Shown: positions 11,556 through 23,660 of the stretch, one piece after another | Numbering within the stretch: position 1 is the first letter of the stretch | Layout: each line of letters begins with the position of its first letter | DNA from: Botryllus schlosseri | Taxonomy: Eukaryota | DNA: 64,000 bases | Reading direction: 5' to 3' | Assembly (NCBI GenBank): GCA_051294905.1 | Contig: CM119384.1 | Location: 4,402,001-4,466,000, forward strand | Translations under genes and position numbers: made by a program | Notes under the pieces: model-generated | The model's database searches: none | What the model was told of the DNA's origin: nothing | The model's input: the letters and a program-made list of their open reading frames with translations, nothing else

Positions 11556-12041
11556 ATTGATAATTGATAATTTTCACAAACCCGACCTTCAAAGTGCTAG
11601 CAAATAATATTTGTGACACCGCGATCAACCTGAAACGAAGCGAGACACCGGGCGAGCTTCAGTGACGCGTGCTGTGATGTGGCGTCATGATGGGGAAGCC
11701 CCCTCCACGGCGTCGTTTTCGAGCTTCCACGCGAACACCCGGCGAAGTCGATTTCGACCGGGAAAGTGTTTTTGAATACTTCAAAAAGTATATACTTGAC
11801 GGAATAATTTACTGCGCCGCATTTTTTATGAATATGATTACATTGGCACCCTCAGTTACACCCCAATGATTGCAGGTCGGAGAGAGAGAGAGAGAGAGAC
11901 TATATTACCATCATCATTGGTTTATTAGCAATTTTATCAGTTCAATACACCACAAGATACGTTACGTAGCTACGTTGTAAATTGCTATGCTATTATTGAC
12001 TCATCCCACTATACAGATTGTACAATCTCTATATCCCCACT

Positions 12042-12893
12042 GACCTGATAGTGTAATTATAGAATGTAAACGTGGAATGGCAGCGACCGATTTTGCAGCT
12101 TCGTTCCGCTTCGCTGAAGCTTTACTCAAACTTATTTTACGGCAGCTACTATAGGATTTCTGGCAATCCAAAAGTTGTCTTCCAGAGCTCAGAATTTACT
12201 GAATCTGGTCTTGATCGAAAGCTACTGTCGCACTGATTCCGAAAATGTAAATAAAAATATGATCAGGCACTGAACCGCTTAGAATTCGCCCTCCAAGTCT
12301 GAATTATCGGCATTGTCCGAACAATCGAAGAGCCGCAATGGGTCATTGTTATGGTCATCGTTTTGCGGTCATCCGATTGTTCTGAACAATGCAGATTTTA
12401 GATGTTGAGGGTGGTTTTTCATCTCAGTACGGTGCTGCACCATATTTTGATTGATATTTTCGAAATCAGTGCGACAGTAGCTTTCGATCAAGACCGAATT
12501 CAGTTAATTCTGAGCTCTGGAAGACAACTTTTGGATTGCCAGAAATTCTACAGTAGCTGCCGTAAAATAAGTCCGAGTAAAGCTTCAGCGAAGCGGAACG
12601 AAGCTGCAAAATCGGTCGCTGCCATTCCACGTTTACATTCTATAGTGTAATGGTTATGCGTCCGGCTTCTCGAGCGGTAGGTCGTGGGTTCGATCCCCGG
12701 CCGGGTCATACCAAAGACTCGAAAAATGGTATCCGCAGCTATCCTGCTAGGCGCTCAGCAATCACGGATAGCATGGAGGAGAAAAAAAACGGGGGCGCAG
12801 ACTAGATGACCTCATGGGGCCGTATCGCAACTCCGTCGCCAAAGCATCTCGATGGTGCAGGCGAGAAAGAATATCATATCTCTCTCTCTCTCT
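12042..12893 (+). mobile_element. tRNA-derived SINE interrupted in its A-box
   Basis: Rejoined head gacctgata-gtgtaat-ggttatgcg gives an A-box. B-box ggttcgatcc at 12687-12696; gacc/ggtc acceptor-like ends; body ggtcataccaaagac..aaaaatggta; (TC)n tail to 12893. Confidence 0.8.
12058..12644. mobile_element. Foldback DNA element 1 (TATAG termini, 7-bp TSD GTGTAAT)
   Basis: Inverted arms of ~190 bp, tatagaatgtaaacgtggaatggcagcgacc... / ...ggtcgctgccattccacgtttacattctata. gtgtaat at 12051-12057 and 12645-12651. Confidence 0.9.
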
Positions 12894-12958
12894 ACGAAAA
12901 TAAAATCACATTAGCGTATGAAAAACAAAAAACTTTGCTGTGTAGGACAGGGTGTAAT

Positions 12959-13537
12959 CATAGTGTCCTATATGGTGTCGACACAGGCAAATCTCACGCC
13001 TCAGTGAAATTATTCACGTCACAATTTCCCTTTGGCTACAGGCAATTTGACTGTCATTTTTGACCGGCTTTTGAACTGATTACGAAAATATAAATTTTAT
13101 TCCGCTCGTGGCCCTGGAACTCCCACAATCAGCCTCGAATTTTTCATTGTTATGGAGATTGGCATTGGGACGCAACAATGCTGTCTGGCGAAACGAGAGA
13201 GTAGCTCAGGACACAACAATGCTGTCTAGCGAAATGAGATGGTAGCTCAAGAGAAAAAGAGCCAGACAGCATTGTTGCATCCCAATGCCAATCTCCATAA
13301 CAATGAAAAATTCGAGGCTGATTGTGGGAGTTCCAGGGCCACGAGCGGAATAAAATTTATATTTTCGTAATCAGTGCAGAGTCAGCTTTCGATTGATACC
13401 CATTTTACCAAATTTAATGCTCGGCAAGCCGGTCAAAAATGACCGTCAAATTGCCTGTAGCCAAATGGAAATTGTGACGTGAATAATTTCACTGAGGCGT
13501 GAGATTTGCCTGTGTCGACACCATATAGGACACTATG
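12959..13537. mobile_element. Foldback DNA element 2 (CATAG termini, 7-bp TSD GTGTAAT)
   Basis: Inverted arms of ~250 bp, catagtgtcctatatggtgtcgacac... / ...gtgtcgacaccatataggacactatg. The right arm has a ~60-bp extra segment. gtgtaat at 12952-12958 and 13538-13544. Confidence 0.9.
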
Positions 13538-14122
13538 GTGTAATTATAGATAACTAACCTACGGATAAATGCGCATCACGTGATTCACGGTCGAGTGATG
13601 CTACGGTCGCAGATTTGTTGTCGCCTCACAGCATGAAATGGCAACGTAATGGGGCATTTCCACTTCATTTTGAACACCAGGGGCGATAAAGATAACTCGA
13701 CCCAAAATTGTTTTGTGGCTATATGCTTTACTATGGGACTGGACTAAACATGGCCCTAATTTCGTCTCTTGAAGCACAACGGGGACGGTGAAAGTATCCA
13801 TATCAATATAAATAATCCATATGGATATCAAATAGCGGTTAGCGACGAAAATGATGCTGTTTCTTTGCGTCTTGTTCTCGTGATGGAAGTGCTGAAATTA
13901 TGCTTCCATCCTTATCTCCAACTGTAATGGTTTCTATTCTCCATTTAGCGGCCAGAAGTACACCAGATTGGACTGGATTCACCACAAACCCTTTCTAGAT
14001 ATATTATGACCTTGGCCAAATAGCTGTCTTGTTGAAAGACTTCATGTCATTTGAATACCTTCCTATCCTTTAATCTCACCACTATCTGTTGGTGCTTTTA
14101 AATGATAAAATACTGATAAAAC

Positions 14123-14290
14123 CAACTAGATCTCATCCTCTCTGATTATTGACAATTAAAGGATGTACCAGTTGTATTGTTGCAGTTATAATACTAACTA
14201 ACAACTAGATCTCATCCTCTCTGATCATTGACAATTAAACGATGTTGTATTAATTGTAATTAGTTGTATTAATTGTTACAGTTATATTAT
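14123..14290. repeat. ~80-bp tandem duplication
   Basis: caactagatctcatcctctctgat(t/c)attgacaattaaa occurs twice in tandem. Confidence 0.7.
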
Positions 14291-16347
14291 TGAATAAAAT
14301 GGAATGGTTACAGTATATAGAGCAGAGGTTCTCGAATAAATTGTATGGTAAGCAGATAAAACTTGGGATTATAAAATTCTAAGCAACATATTATTCATGG
14401 TCATATTATTACTCGGTTACACAATAATTCTCAACTTGAAGGAATGTCAACCCGGAACCCACTATTTGAGAAACCAATGTATATGACTGCCCTAAGCCTA
14501 AGACACAAAGCAAAATACTACTGTGGAAACCCAATTGATACAAATAGCATCACCATATCCAAGAATATTCAACGAGAATGTTATTGTGAAACTTGCACAT
14601 CGTAAAACACAAAAATGAGCTCACGAGCATTGGTTATTCTTGCTCATCTAGTTTGTAGTTGAAATTCATGAAGGTTTTAGCAAAGTTCGTTGCGCTAGCA
14701 ACATAATATGTATAGCATACATATAATAAGAGTCCGGGTATTGAGCAACCGACAATAGTTGTCAGATTATATTTTCATCTGAACAAGACACACACAATGT
14801 ACAATACGATGCAATGAACAGATAGGAGGATGCCAAACGACCAGTTGCGGTCTCTGGCATCCACCTCGGCCTGGTACCCCATGTCACAGTTCTTTTTTTA
14901 TGTTAGTCTCTTCTCCGAAGCTCTTTCCATTCTTGTGAGTGGGCTCTTTCATCGGGTCTCCTGTTTTGTTGATGTCATATGTGATCGTTTGCTTTACTGT
15001 CTTACAAGTTTGCATAATTTCCAAATTTTTCAGTTGAAAGTACAAAAATGACGCCATGCTTCAATATCCGACAGTGCTGATGGATATCATGAACGCAAAT
15101 AGAGAGCTCATAATCCAGACCTGAAACAGGGGTTGTTTTCGCCAATAAGTTGCTCATGACAGGTTTACTTGCATAGAATAATTAAGCGAAGAAGCAAAGT
15201 TGTGTGTGAAGTTGCCGCAAGTCCCACTCTGGCCTGGATCATAATCATCCCTGGCTTTACTCAGGTTCACTGATACTCTTCTGGGTTCAATGTCCAACAG
15301 CTGTACTTCAATCCATAGGCAACGCACCAGAATGTCAAAGAAGAAGTTGAAGTGACTGTACTTGAAAAAGTACCGGTACAATATTTCATGGATTTACCAT
15401 TGGAAATGTGGTTGCTTTTCACAAAGTATGCTTCTTAGTTCTTACAATAACGGGTGAATCACTATAGATTCAGCTAGCCCTTTTCCAAATTGTTGAATTG
15501 TCATAACAAGATGCCGTGACTGATGACTGTACGGTATATTCTTGTGCAACAGCTTTCGCTTTTACTTTTGGCATAGACATCCCTTCTCTGGAACTGTTTA
15601 GTTCAGTCCCATAATAAAGCATATAGCAATAAAACAGTTTTGGGTCGAGTCATCTTTATCGCCCCTAGTGTTCAAATGAAGTGGAAATGCCCCATTGCTA
15701 ATCCCATAAATGACGACAGGAGCGCTCAAATTTAATAAAGTTGATCTTATTTGAAAACATACTACGGGTTCGAATGGCATGGTACTTGATGCTTCAGTAC
15801 ACAGTGCAGTGCACACCAATGCTCCATTGCTTCCCGCCATGTAAATATATTCTCTACCATCCAACTGCAGTGTTCGTATTGTCATTAAGAGAGAACAGGA
15901 ACGCTCAAAGAAATACCATTTCATAATATATATTTTAGTTACGTGACAAGAAACATTGACGTTATCAACTATTAGGCACAGTTATCCGATTGGTCATTAT
16001 ATCACAGCACACGTTCATAAATTGCAACAAAAATAGATACACAATGCACATAGTACATTAATCGAATGGCTCATATTGCTCTTGCTACATATTGACTTGA
16101 CAGCTTTCAGCTGACGAAGATTTTGGTTCTTGTTATTCTGAATTTTGATAACAACAAATTCTGACATAGTAACAAAAGATGTGAGATATGCAGTTTTAAC
16201 GGCTATTATAAATGAAATATCTATACAATGCATAAAATTCTCAATTATATTATGGTGTTGGTATCCTCATTGAAATTTAGTCACAATTAGTATCAGCGCA
16301 AGTCATCTATGACTGTAAGAGTTGACAAACTGGAGGACATTATAAAC

Positions 16348-17330
16348 TAGGGTTGCCATACGTCCGGAATTTCCCGGACATGTCCGGAATTTCACTGTTC
16401 AAAGTAGCGTCCGGGAGGAAATTCTAAAATATGCCAAATGTCCGGAATTTTGACGTAGCCTCATAATGTTTTCGTAAATCAACATCAAAACATTATTTTG
16501 GGGAATATTTATTCTGATGCATGACATTTTTCTTCGCGATTTACCATCACATTTATTAATTTTAATATGGGGACTACCACCCTCGGCCAAACTGCAATAA
16601 AATATAAAGAAAAACAACCTTCATTCACTGGTTCCAAACGTGGGGGTCGTTTGCCTTTATTCTGGGGTTCGCGAACATGTCGAATGTAATCAGCTTCCAA
16701 AATAGCCCGCGAGTAAGTCAGGGCAAAGATGCTGACTCCTTTTACTAATCAGGTCGTCCAATTTTGATCTGGGCCTCGGAACATTTTCAAATGGAGTCGC
16801 GACCATAAAAGGTTGGATGTAGCGTGTTTATAAAGCTCCATGGTGCGTACCGGCATAAAGCTGACATGGTGGGACATGAACGTGACTTAACGATGTACAA
16901 TTACGTATTTTCGAATTCATCATCCACCACCAGCTCTACCGCTAACTCTGATCATGTGGGCGGAGAGTAGTAACTATATAGTAATATATGGAACAAGCAA
17001 TAATATTGACAGAATTCATTTGAAAAAATTTAACGACCACATGCATATAGAATCATACAGCAACCCCCCCCCCCCCCCCCCCCCCCGAAAGTGGCATCGA
17101 TTACCCAATGGGGGGCTCAAAATCATTGTTTATTTGGGCGGGAAGGGGATGAAAAAAGTGGTTTCGGTCCCGGATACACAACACACAGCCACATACTCCT
17201 GAATCGGATCGTGACCACCTCTAGTCTACGAGTAAAGCTTTGCTAGTGTGACGTCGCAACTCATTTTGAAATCCAGTAGTGGGCGCTACAGAGTGTCCGG
17301 AATTTGGATTACAGAAATATGGTAACCCTA
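16348..17330. mobile_element. hAT MITE with TAGGG termini
   Basis: TIR tagggttgccata/tatggtaacccta, perfect TSD TTATAAAC, subterminal gtccggaat repeats, internal poly-C tract. Confidence 0.85.
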
Positions 17331-18264
17331 TTATAAACGACTATGCAAAGTATACGCTGTGAACAATCATATATATATCATTGGCTGTGCACAAGTCTAT
17401 CAAACATGAAATGGACAGTGGCAGAGGGTCGCTCTTGCGCAGTAATGGCCCAAACCGGCATAGTACGCACACATTTCACCTTCAACAGAGGTCATGATAG
17501 AAACTTCCCACTACGGTAGCGCTGGTTCCCAAAGAAAGATTGCCGACGAACCTTTTGTTTACATCGTGACCATACCTCCAATGAAGCATGACTCACGACG
17601 CGCTCAAACGCAGAGCTCACTGGAGTCTCCAAACATTGTATATATATCATTGGGTGGAGTGAAAATGATGTTTTTTTCAAATCGAGAAAAGGGGGCAATT
17701 TTACCCCCTCGCACACAGAAATTGAGGGGTTGCCGGCTGGAAAATGGGGGCAATCCCCTAAAATCAATTTTTCTTGGAGTTTAGGTCGTTTGTCGGGATT
17801 TAAGAACCCCCTTTTTTCGATTTAAAAAAAAGAAGTTATTTTCACTTCACCCTACTGGACAGGGTCAACTGGTGTGATATGATGACACCCTGCGTTGTGC
17901 TATTCATTAAATTGTTATAACCACTGTTCTGTAATATGACTAGCTGATTCAACACTTGGTGTCGATATTGATGCGCTTGCTGCAAGCAGAAAAGCCTATT
18001 CATAGTGTGCAATGCACATTATGCAAGAACAATTTCAAGGTATTATAAGTACTAAGCCCGATAAACAATGGATGGTAACCAATCATGAACATATCATTAT
18101 TATTAAAACTTGGCGATCTGAGATAAGGCTACCATATGTCCTATTTAAAGAGGATCACTCCTCTTTTGAAGAAATCCGAAATGTCCTCCGAGGACGCCCA
18201 AATGTCCCAATTTTTCGCCACTTGCCCTCCCTTATTGCCGTGAGTGTTAGGTGATGACATAGAG

Positions 18265-19420
18265 CAGTGGTCGGGAACCTATGGCTCTTTTGGGTGTAAG
18301 ATATGGCTCTTTGACAAATTTTCAATTTTATACTTAATTTATCAATATTGCAGCAACTTGTTGGTAAATTTTCATGACTGCCCGAATATAATATTATCGT
18401 GGCAGTATAGACTTGTCTTTGAAAGGTCAAGACAGTGAGGTAACCACGGTTAGGGGCTCGTATCCCCCTTTTCAAAATCCTCAAATTTAAGTGGCTGTCG
18501 CGCCGTTGACTAACACGACTGGCGAATTCGATCTACCCGCCATCGCGCGCCTCGAAATCTTGGATTGCACGATATCCTGATTGATATACCTTGAAATGAC
18601 GACGCTTGTAGGACAATGCAGTTTTCAAATACACATTGTCTTCCTGATCTACGACGATAAACAAACTTCCTCGGAAATGACATTACCAATTACCATTTCA
18701 AATCAAAAAACAACGCCATAGCTATCCGAGTTCTTCATTGGTGACGTAACTAGATTTCTATAACCGACGTAAAATGTAGGTGTGTAGCGTTATTTTACGC
18801 CGAATACTTTAGAAGTCGATCAATATTTAGATTTTCGGAATCAACGCGAAAATTTCATTTGAATAATATCAGTGATGATAGATTCCAAGGTATTTACAAT
18901 GAGTTGCGCTATCACAGGTGAGGCTTGCCCCCTCTGTGCCGCATCTGTGCCTTAACTCTCATTTCGCGCTTTATTTTCGAACAATATGTGAAAATTCCGT
19001 GATTTTGGGAATTGAAATGTTCCAAATCTAATCATTCATATAAATCGATAAAAATACCAATAACCATCATTGAAGGTTTCACAATTTTCCCTCGCTTATC
19101 CCTGACGACATGTAAAGCACTGCCTCACTTGCCTCCCATAACCCCACGTCACTGACGTAGCACACCCTGCAGCGGGTATGTACTGCTGTAGTGACCAGGC
19201 ACCACCTACACCCGTAGGCACCACCTACGCATGTGGGCAGAAAATATGGCGCACACTACGAATCCTACACACTACGAATCCTATATATTAGTGCTACCAA
19301 TACGTCACGAATTTTCAATTGTGACGTAACAGTTGATTGACATGTATGGCTCTTTGGAAGTTACAATTGGAAATATTGGGTCAATATGGCTCTTCGGTCG
19401 AAAAAGGTTCCCGACCACTG
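18265..19420. mobile_element. Charlie/Buster-type hAT MITE nested in a TAGGG/gaggac-family MITE
   Basis: TIR cagtggtcgggaacct/aggttcccgaccactg, TSD acatagag/acatatag. Host element begins near 18125 and resumes at 19428 (ttagtcaac motifs). Confidence 0.8.
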
Positions 19421-19551
19421 ACATATAGTCAACTAAACGGCAAAAAAAACGTGAAAACTGGCGTAGGTTGACTAAAAAAATTTGGTTCAGGCACCGGATC
19501 GGAAAATAACCTCTTTTTAGTCAACCCACGACCGATCACCATTTCCGTCAA

Positions 19552-21370
19552 AACTATTCAATTCAATTCATTTTATTTTTAACAATTTCATCATTCCAAA
19601 ACACCACAATACTGCGATATGATGAAAAGATAGGAAGGTGTCGAAACGACTTGGATGAGTAGTCTTTGAACTCAGACACTTACCTGGTTAAGGCGATGTA
19701 AAAGGAGGCATATAGTTAGAAAAATAAAAATAAAATATGTACTATTGGACGTGAATGTTTGTTGACATCGCCTATACTATATTTCATGGTTGACGAATAA
19801 AAGAATCCTCTCCCTCTCTCTCTTCTTTCATTCATCATCATTTTATTAAATTTTTCATCAAATCAATACACCAAAAAATTGCGATGTAATGAAAATATAA
19901 GAGGGTGCCGAAATGACTTGAATTAGTCTTTTAAACAGACCCCACCTTGGCCTACAGCATGTCAATAAGATGCATGCACAGCAGTGTACACTGGATTTAG
20001 GAATGGATAACATAAGGAAAGCGACAAAAATGAATGTTGCATGTGTCGGTACGAGACGTCGATAGGTCAGATTGTGGACCGGTAATTTTGAGGGCTGACC
20101 AGTAGGGCTGTTCAAAAACAACTTTTTTTCCCGGATTCCAGTCATTCTCTGATTAAATTGTCAGGTTACCCTAAAAAACGCTGCACACCAAATTTGGTTC
20201 AATTCTAACAAGTATAGGACTTTGCAGATCCAATTAAAATTTTTAATTTATTAGGGAAATTTTTTACCTAAACTCACATAACTCCTCTTCTATTGGTCGG
20301 AATTGACTCAAATTTGTTTTGCATCGTCTTTGAAGACAGCTCAACAATTTCATGGGGTTGGCAGAAAAATTAGAATTTTTTTTTTAAATTTTACTCAATA
20401 AATTAAAAATTTTAATTGGATCTGCAGAGTCCTATACTTGTTAGAATTGAACAAAATTTGGTGTGCAGCGTTTTTTAGGGTAACCTGACAATATAATCAG
20501 TGAATGGCTGGAATCCGGGGAAAAAAAGTTATTTTTGAACAGCCCTACTGACCAGTAGGCTATTGATTCAGTAGAAATTGCATGTATCTCGATTTGAATT
20601 GAATTGTTCACTGAAGGAAAAATAAAAGAAGAAAATAAAAGGACAGTCGTCAAAAAGAAGTAGCATGTGTTGGAAGGCGAGATCGGTGGGTCAGGTCGTG
20701 GTCAGGTAAACTTGAGGACTGATACTGAATAATATTGATTCAGTAGAAATTGTTTGTATTTCGACTTGAATGTGGACGTACAACATACAAAGATGGCATT
20801 TCTTCACGGTCGTACATTTTTCTCTGCGACCGCATGGTTGCACACCCCTTCTTTGGAGTTAATCAAAGCAACCGTAGCGATCAATTAATCAATCAGTTTA
20901 TTAATATTTTCATCATTTCATAACATCACAAGAGTGCGATACAATGAAAAGATAGGAAGGTGTCGAAACAACTTGGAGTAGCCTTTAAGATCAGACACCC
21001 ACCTTAGCCTAGGCGAAGTAAAAAAGAGCCATGCACACTGAATGAAAAGTAATGCAGAGAATATAAGACGCAAGCGACAAAATGAGGTGGCATGTGGCGC
21101 AGGGCGAGGTCGATGTTAGGTCGTGGTCCGGTAATCCTGAAGGCTGGCTATTATTCATTTAGAAGAAATTGCTTGTCTTTCGACTTGAATGCGGACATGC
21201 TCGACGACTGTCGGATAGCCGGCGAGATGCTGTTCCACAATTGGGGTCCGGCATACTTGATAGAGCAATGCGTTTTTTTTTATTCCGTCCTGATCATATG
21301 GTAGTTGTTCTTCGTTGACGCGCGTGTGCTGTACTTGTGCGCTTTTGACTCGGAGGTGAAGTCTTTTGTT
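19552..21370 (-). mobile_element. Cluster of 5'-truncated L2/Crack-like LINE 3' ends
   Basis: Minus frame at ~21335-21160 reads YSTRASTKNNYHMIRTE*KKTHCSIKYAGPQLWNSISPAIRQSSSMSAFKSKDKQFLLNE*, the typical L2/CR1-group ORF2 C-terminus. The shared 3'UTR (..gtgtcgaaacgacttgg..tagtcttt..cagacac) recurs at ~19.6, 19.9 and 20.95 kb, and at 59.1 kb, with aataaa/(tgaat)n tails. Confidence 0.75.
20103..20547. mobile_element. Foldback MITE inserted into a LINE 3' fragment
   Basis: ~170-bp TIRs tagggctgttcaaaaa.../...tttttgaacagcccta, perfect 8-bp TSD CTGACCAG. Related fragments at ~8175-8300 and ~46330-46437. Confidence 0.85.
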
Positions 21371-23660
21371 ACGTTCAGTTAGGATTAAATTTATGAGTTG
21401 AAACTTGTTGTTTAAAATGATGAGATAGAGACAAATTAGTTGCATAGTACATTACGTTCGCATCGATGCAGCGCGCAATAGTTAAATGTGTAATTAGCTG
21501 AAAGCAACGAAATGTATCAATATCCATTATTAAAATCAGACGGTCTATGAAGCGCGAACAAAGCTTTGAATACCCTCACAAATACACAAAATACATATAG
21601 CTGCGGGCGTACTGGTTATGTTTTTACACTGCGCTCACACAAATAGATGTGTGGGAAAATTTCGGAGACAGTATCAATCCCCAAGAAGTTTTCAACTGTG
21701 CGATAGGAAAGGATTAATTCGTGATCTGGCGCCATATCAATTATATTAAACGCCTTACCCATTGTAGCCAAGATTTTGATTGTAAATGACTCCACAAATA
21801 CAGTTATTATGTCAAATTTGTTTACATTTCCCAGATCCGCAGTCAACGTTTTGTTTACCCTATGTATGACCTGTGACAGAGGTCAACACAGACCGGTTGG
21901 CGTCTTCATTCAGTTGACTATTGTTACTGAAATGACCGTTGCATCGATAAAGGAAACGACCATTACCGCATATTAATGTGAGACTAGCGGTAATCACGCG
22001 ACCAGAATTATCTTACCTCTAAAGCTAACTATACTTTTTCTTCAGGATATATACGTACAGGTACACGTACAGTACATACGCAAACCATGAGCCTCAGCCG
22101 TTTCACCTGTTGTCCCCGAATTCAGAATCAGATTTACGATCAGATCTGATTCAGATCTGTATTTACTTTACGATATACTGTGCATTGATTAACCCGGGTA
22201 GTTAATGATATCGAACAATTAGGGATCTAGCTCAATGACTATAGGCATATTCCTGTTGTCACCGCTCGTGCATTTTGTTACCTAATGTAGCCGATGCGCG
22301 CGACCCTATGCTGCAGGTCAATGTGTATAGTGTATATATTATTCTATTTACTTTCAACTTGGTAATGAAAATGTCAGCATATGGTGCAATCACTGATAGA
22401 CTGTGTCCCGTTGGAAAGTAGAGATATAGTTTCATCAATAAACACTTTAACATACATTTACACACTTTTGCACTGCAAAATGCCTCATTCGCCAAGAAGT
22501 AACCCTATCAATGCGTACCATACACAGGCCTGTAAACAGCATTCTGTCCGTTCCTGCTTATTTTTGTTTACCCGTTGGACATTTTTTCATATTATATTGA
22601 CTATTAAATCTACTCGTAATTTCTAACCATTGGTTAGCGAGTGAAGGGCTGTGATTCAAACGTGTCAGCAACAATTTCGAATTGTTATCATACGTGGTAC
22701 TGTGATCTGTGTGAATGCAGGCAATTATGCACGCATATCGAATCGACTATTCGTAATAGATATTGCAGAAGCAGTCGGTCGGTTTTGTATTGGGTGAATT
22801 GACTCTCCAACACCGTTGTCAATTCGGTGTTTACTGTTTACTCTCGCTGTTTGATGGCACAAAGTGGATACAGCACGTTTTTTAACTTTCGTTTGATATA
22901 AAAGATTAAACTATACAGCGTTTTACATCGTTAATTCGAGTATACAAATATGAATTTCGGGTGATGCCACAACTGCCAAAAATAAAATCTGAAAAATGCA
23001 AAAAAATAACACGGCCTGCCTATAGGCCTACAGAAAGGAATGAAATGTATACCATAAAATGGCGAACGCACCGCGCACCGATCCAATGAGAAATACTAAT
23101 ACAGCAAGATAGAGGACAAAACTTATATAGTGATCCTAGTTTAGTTATCGTGTTATTCTTCCGATAGCATAATCACGAAGCAACAAAAGTGAAGAGGCTT
23201 ATGCCAGTACCAGAAATCCGAAATAAAAGGAAACGTATTCTGGTGTTTCATGCGTTCCTATATGTTTGGAGCGTTAAATCTTCACACGGTTGCAAGTCCT
23301 TATGAATGTTGAATACAATTATTGTAATTTACTCAGGATATTATATCGAGTAGTCATTCAATGCAGTTTATTGGCCTCGCAAGCATAGGCTACTAGTGTT
23401 TGCCGCTTCAACGCTAAAATAGCTATCTTTCGAGATATTATTACAGTATACGAAATAAACGGAATCTTCCAAACGATAAAAGTTACGCCGTGTCAATGTC
23501 CTTAATAAACCGTGATTCATGAAATCATTCTAGGAATTTTCCAATGCCTGATCTCATTCGCATCTATAAATTTTAAACTGTGAACTAGTATTGTCGTAAC
23601 TGGACAATTACGATACAACGAATGAGGGAAATATCCGAAGTATATCAAGATCCCATAGAG

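Noticed and set aside
12042-12710. Possible tRNA gene
   Set aside because: The A-box is interrupted, the anticodon arm pairs poorly, and it continues into a SINE body and microsatellite tail.
17063-17086. Long poly-C (and poly-G at ~40950) as G-quadruplex regulatory elements
   Set aside because: Both lie inside MITEs and are best explained as homopolymer expansions.
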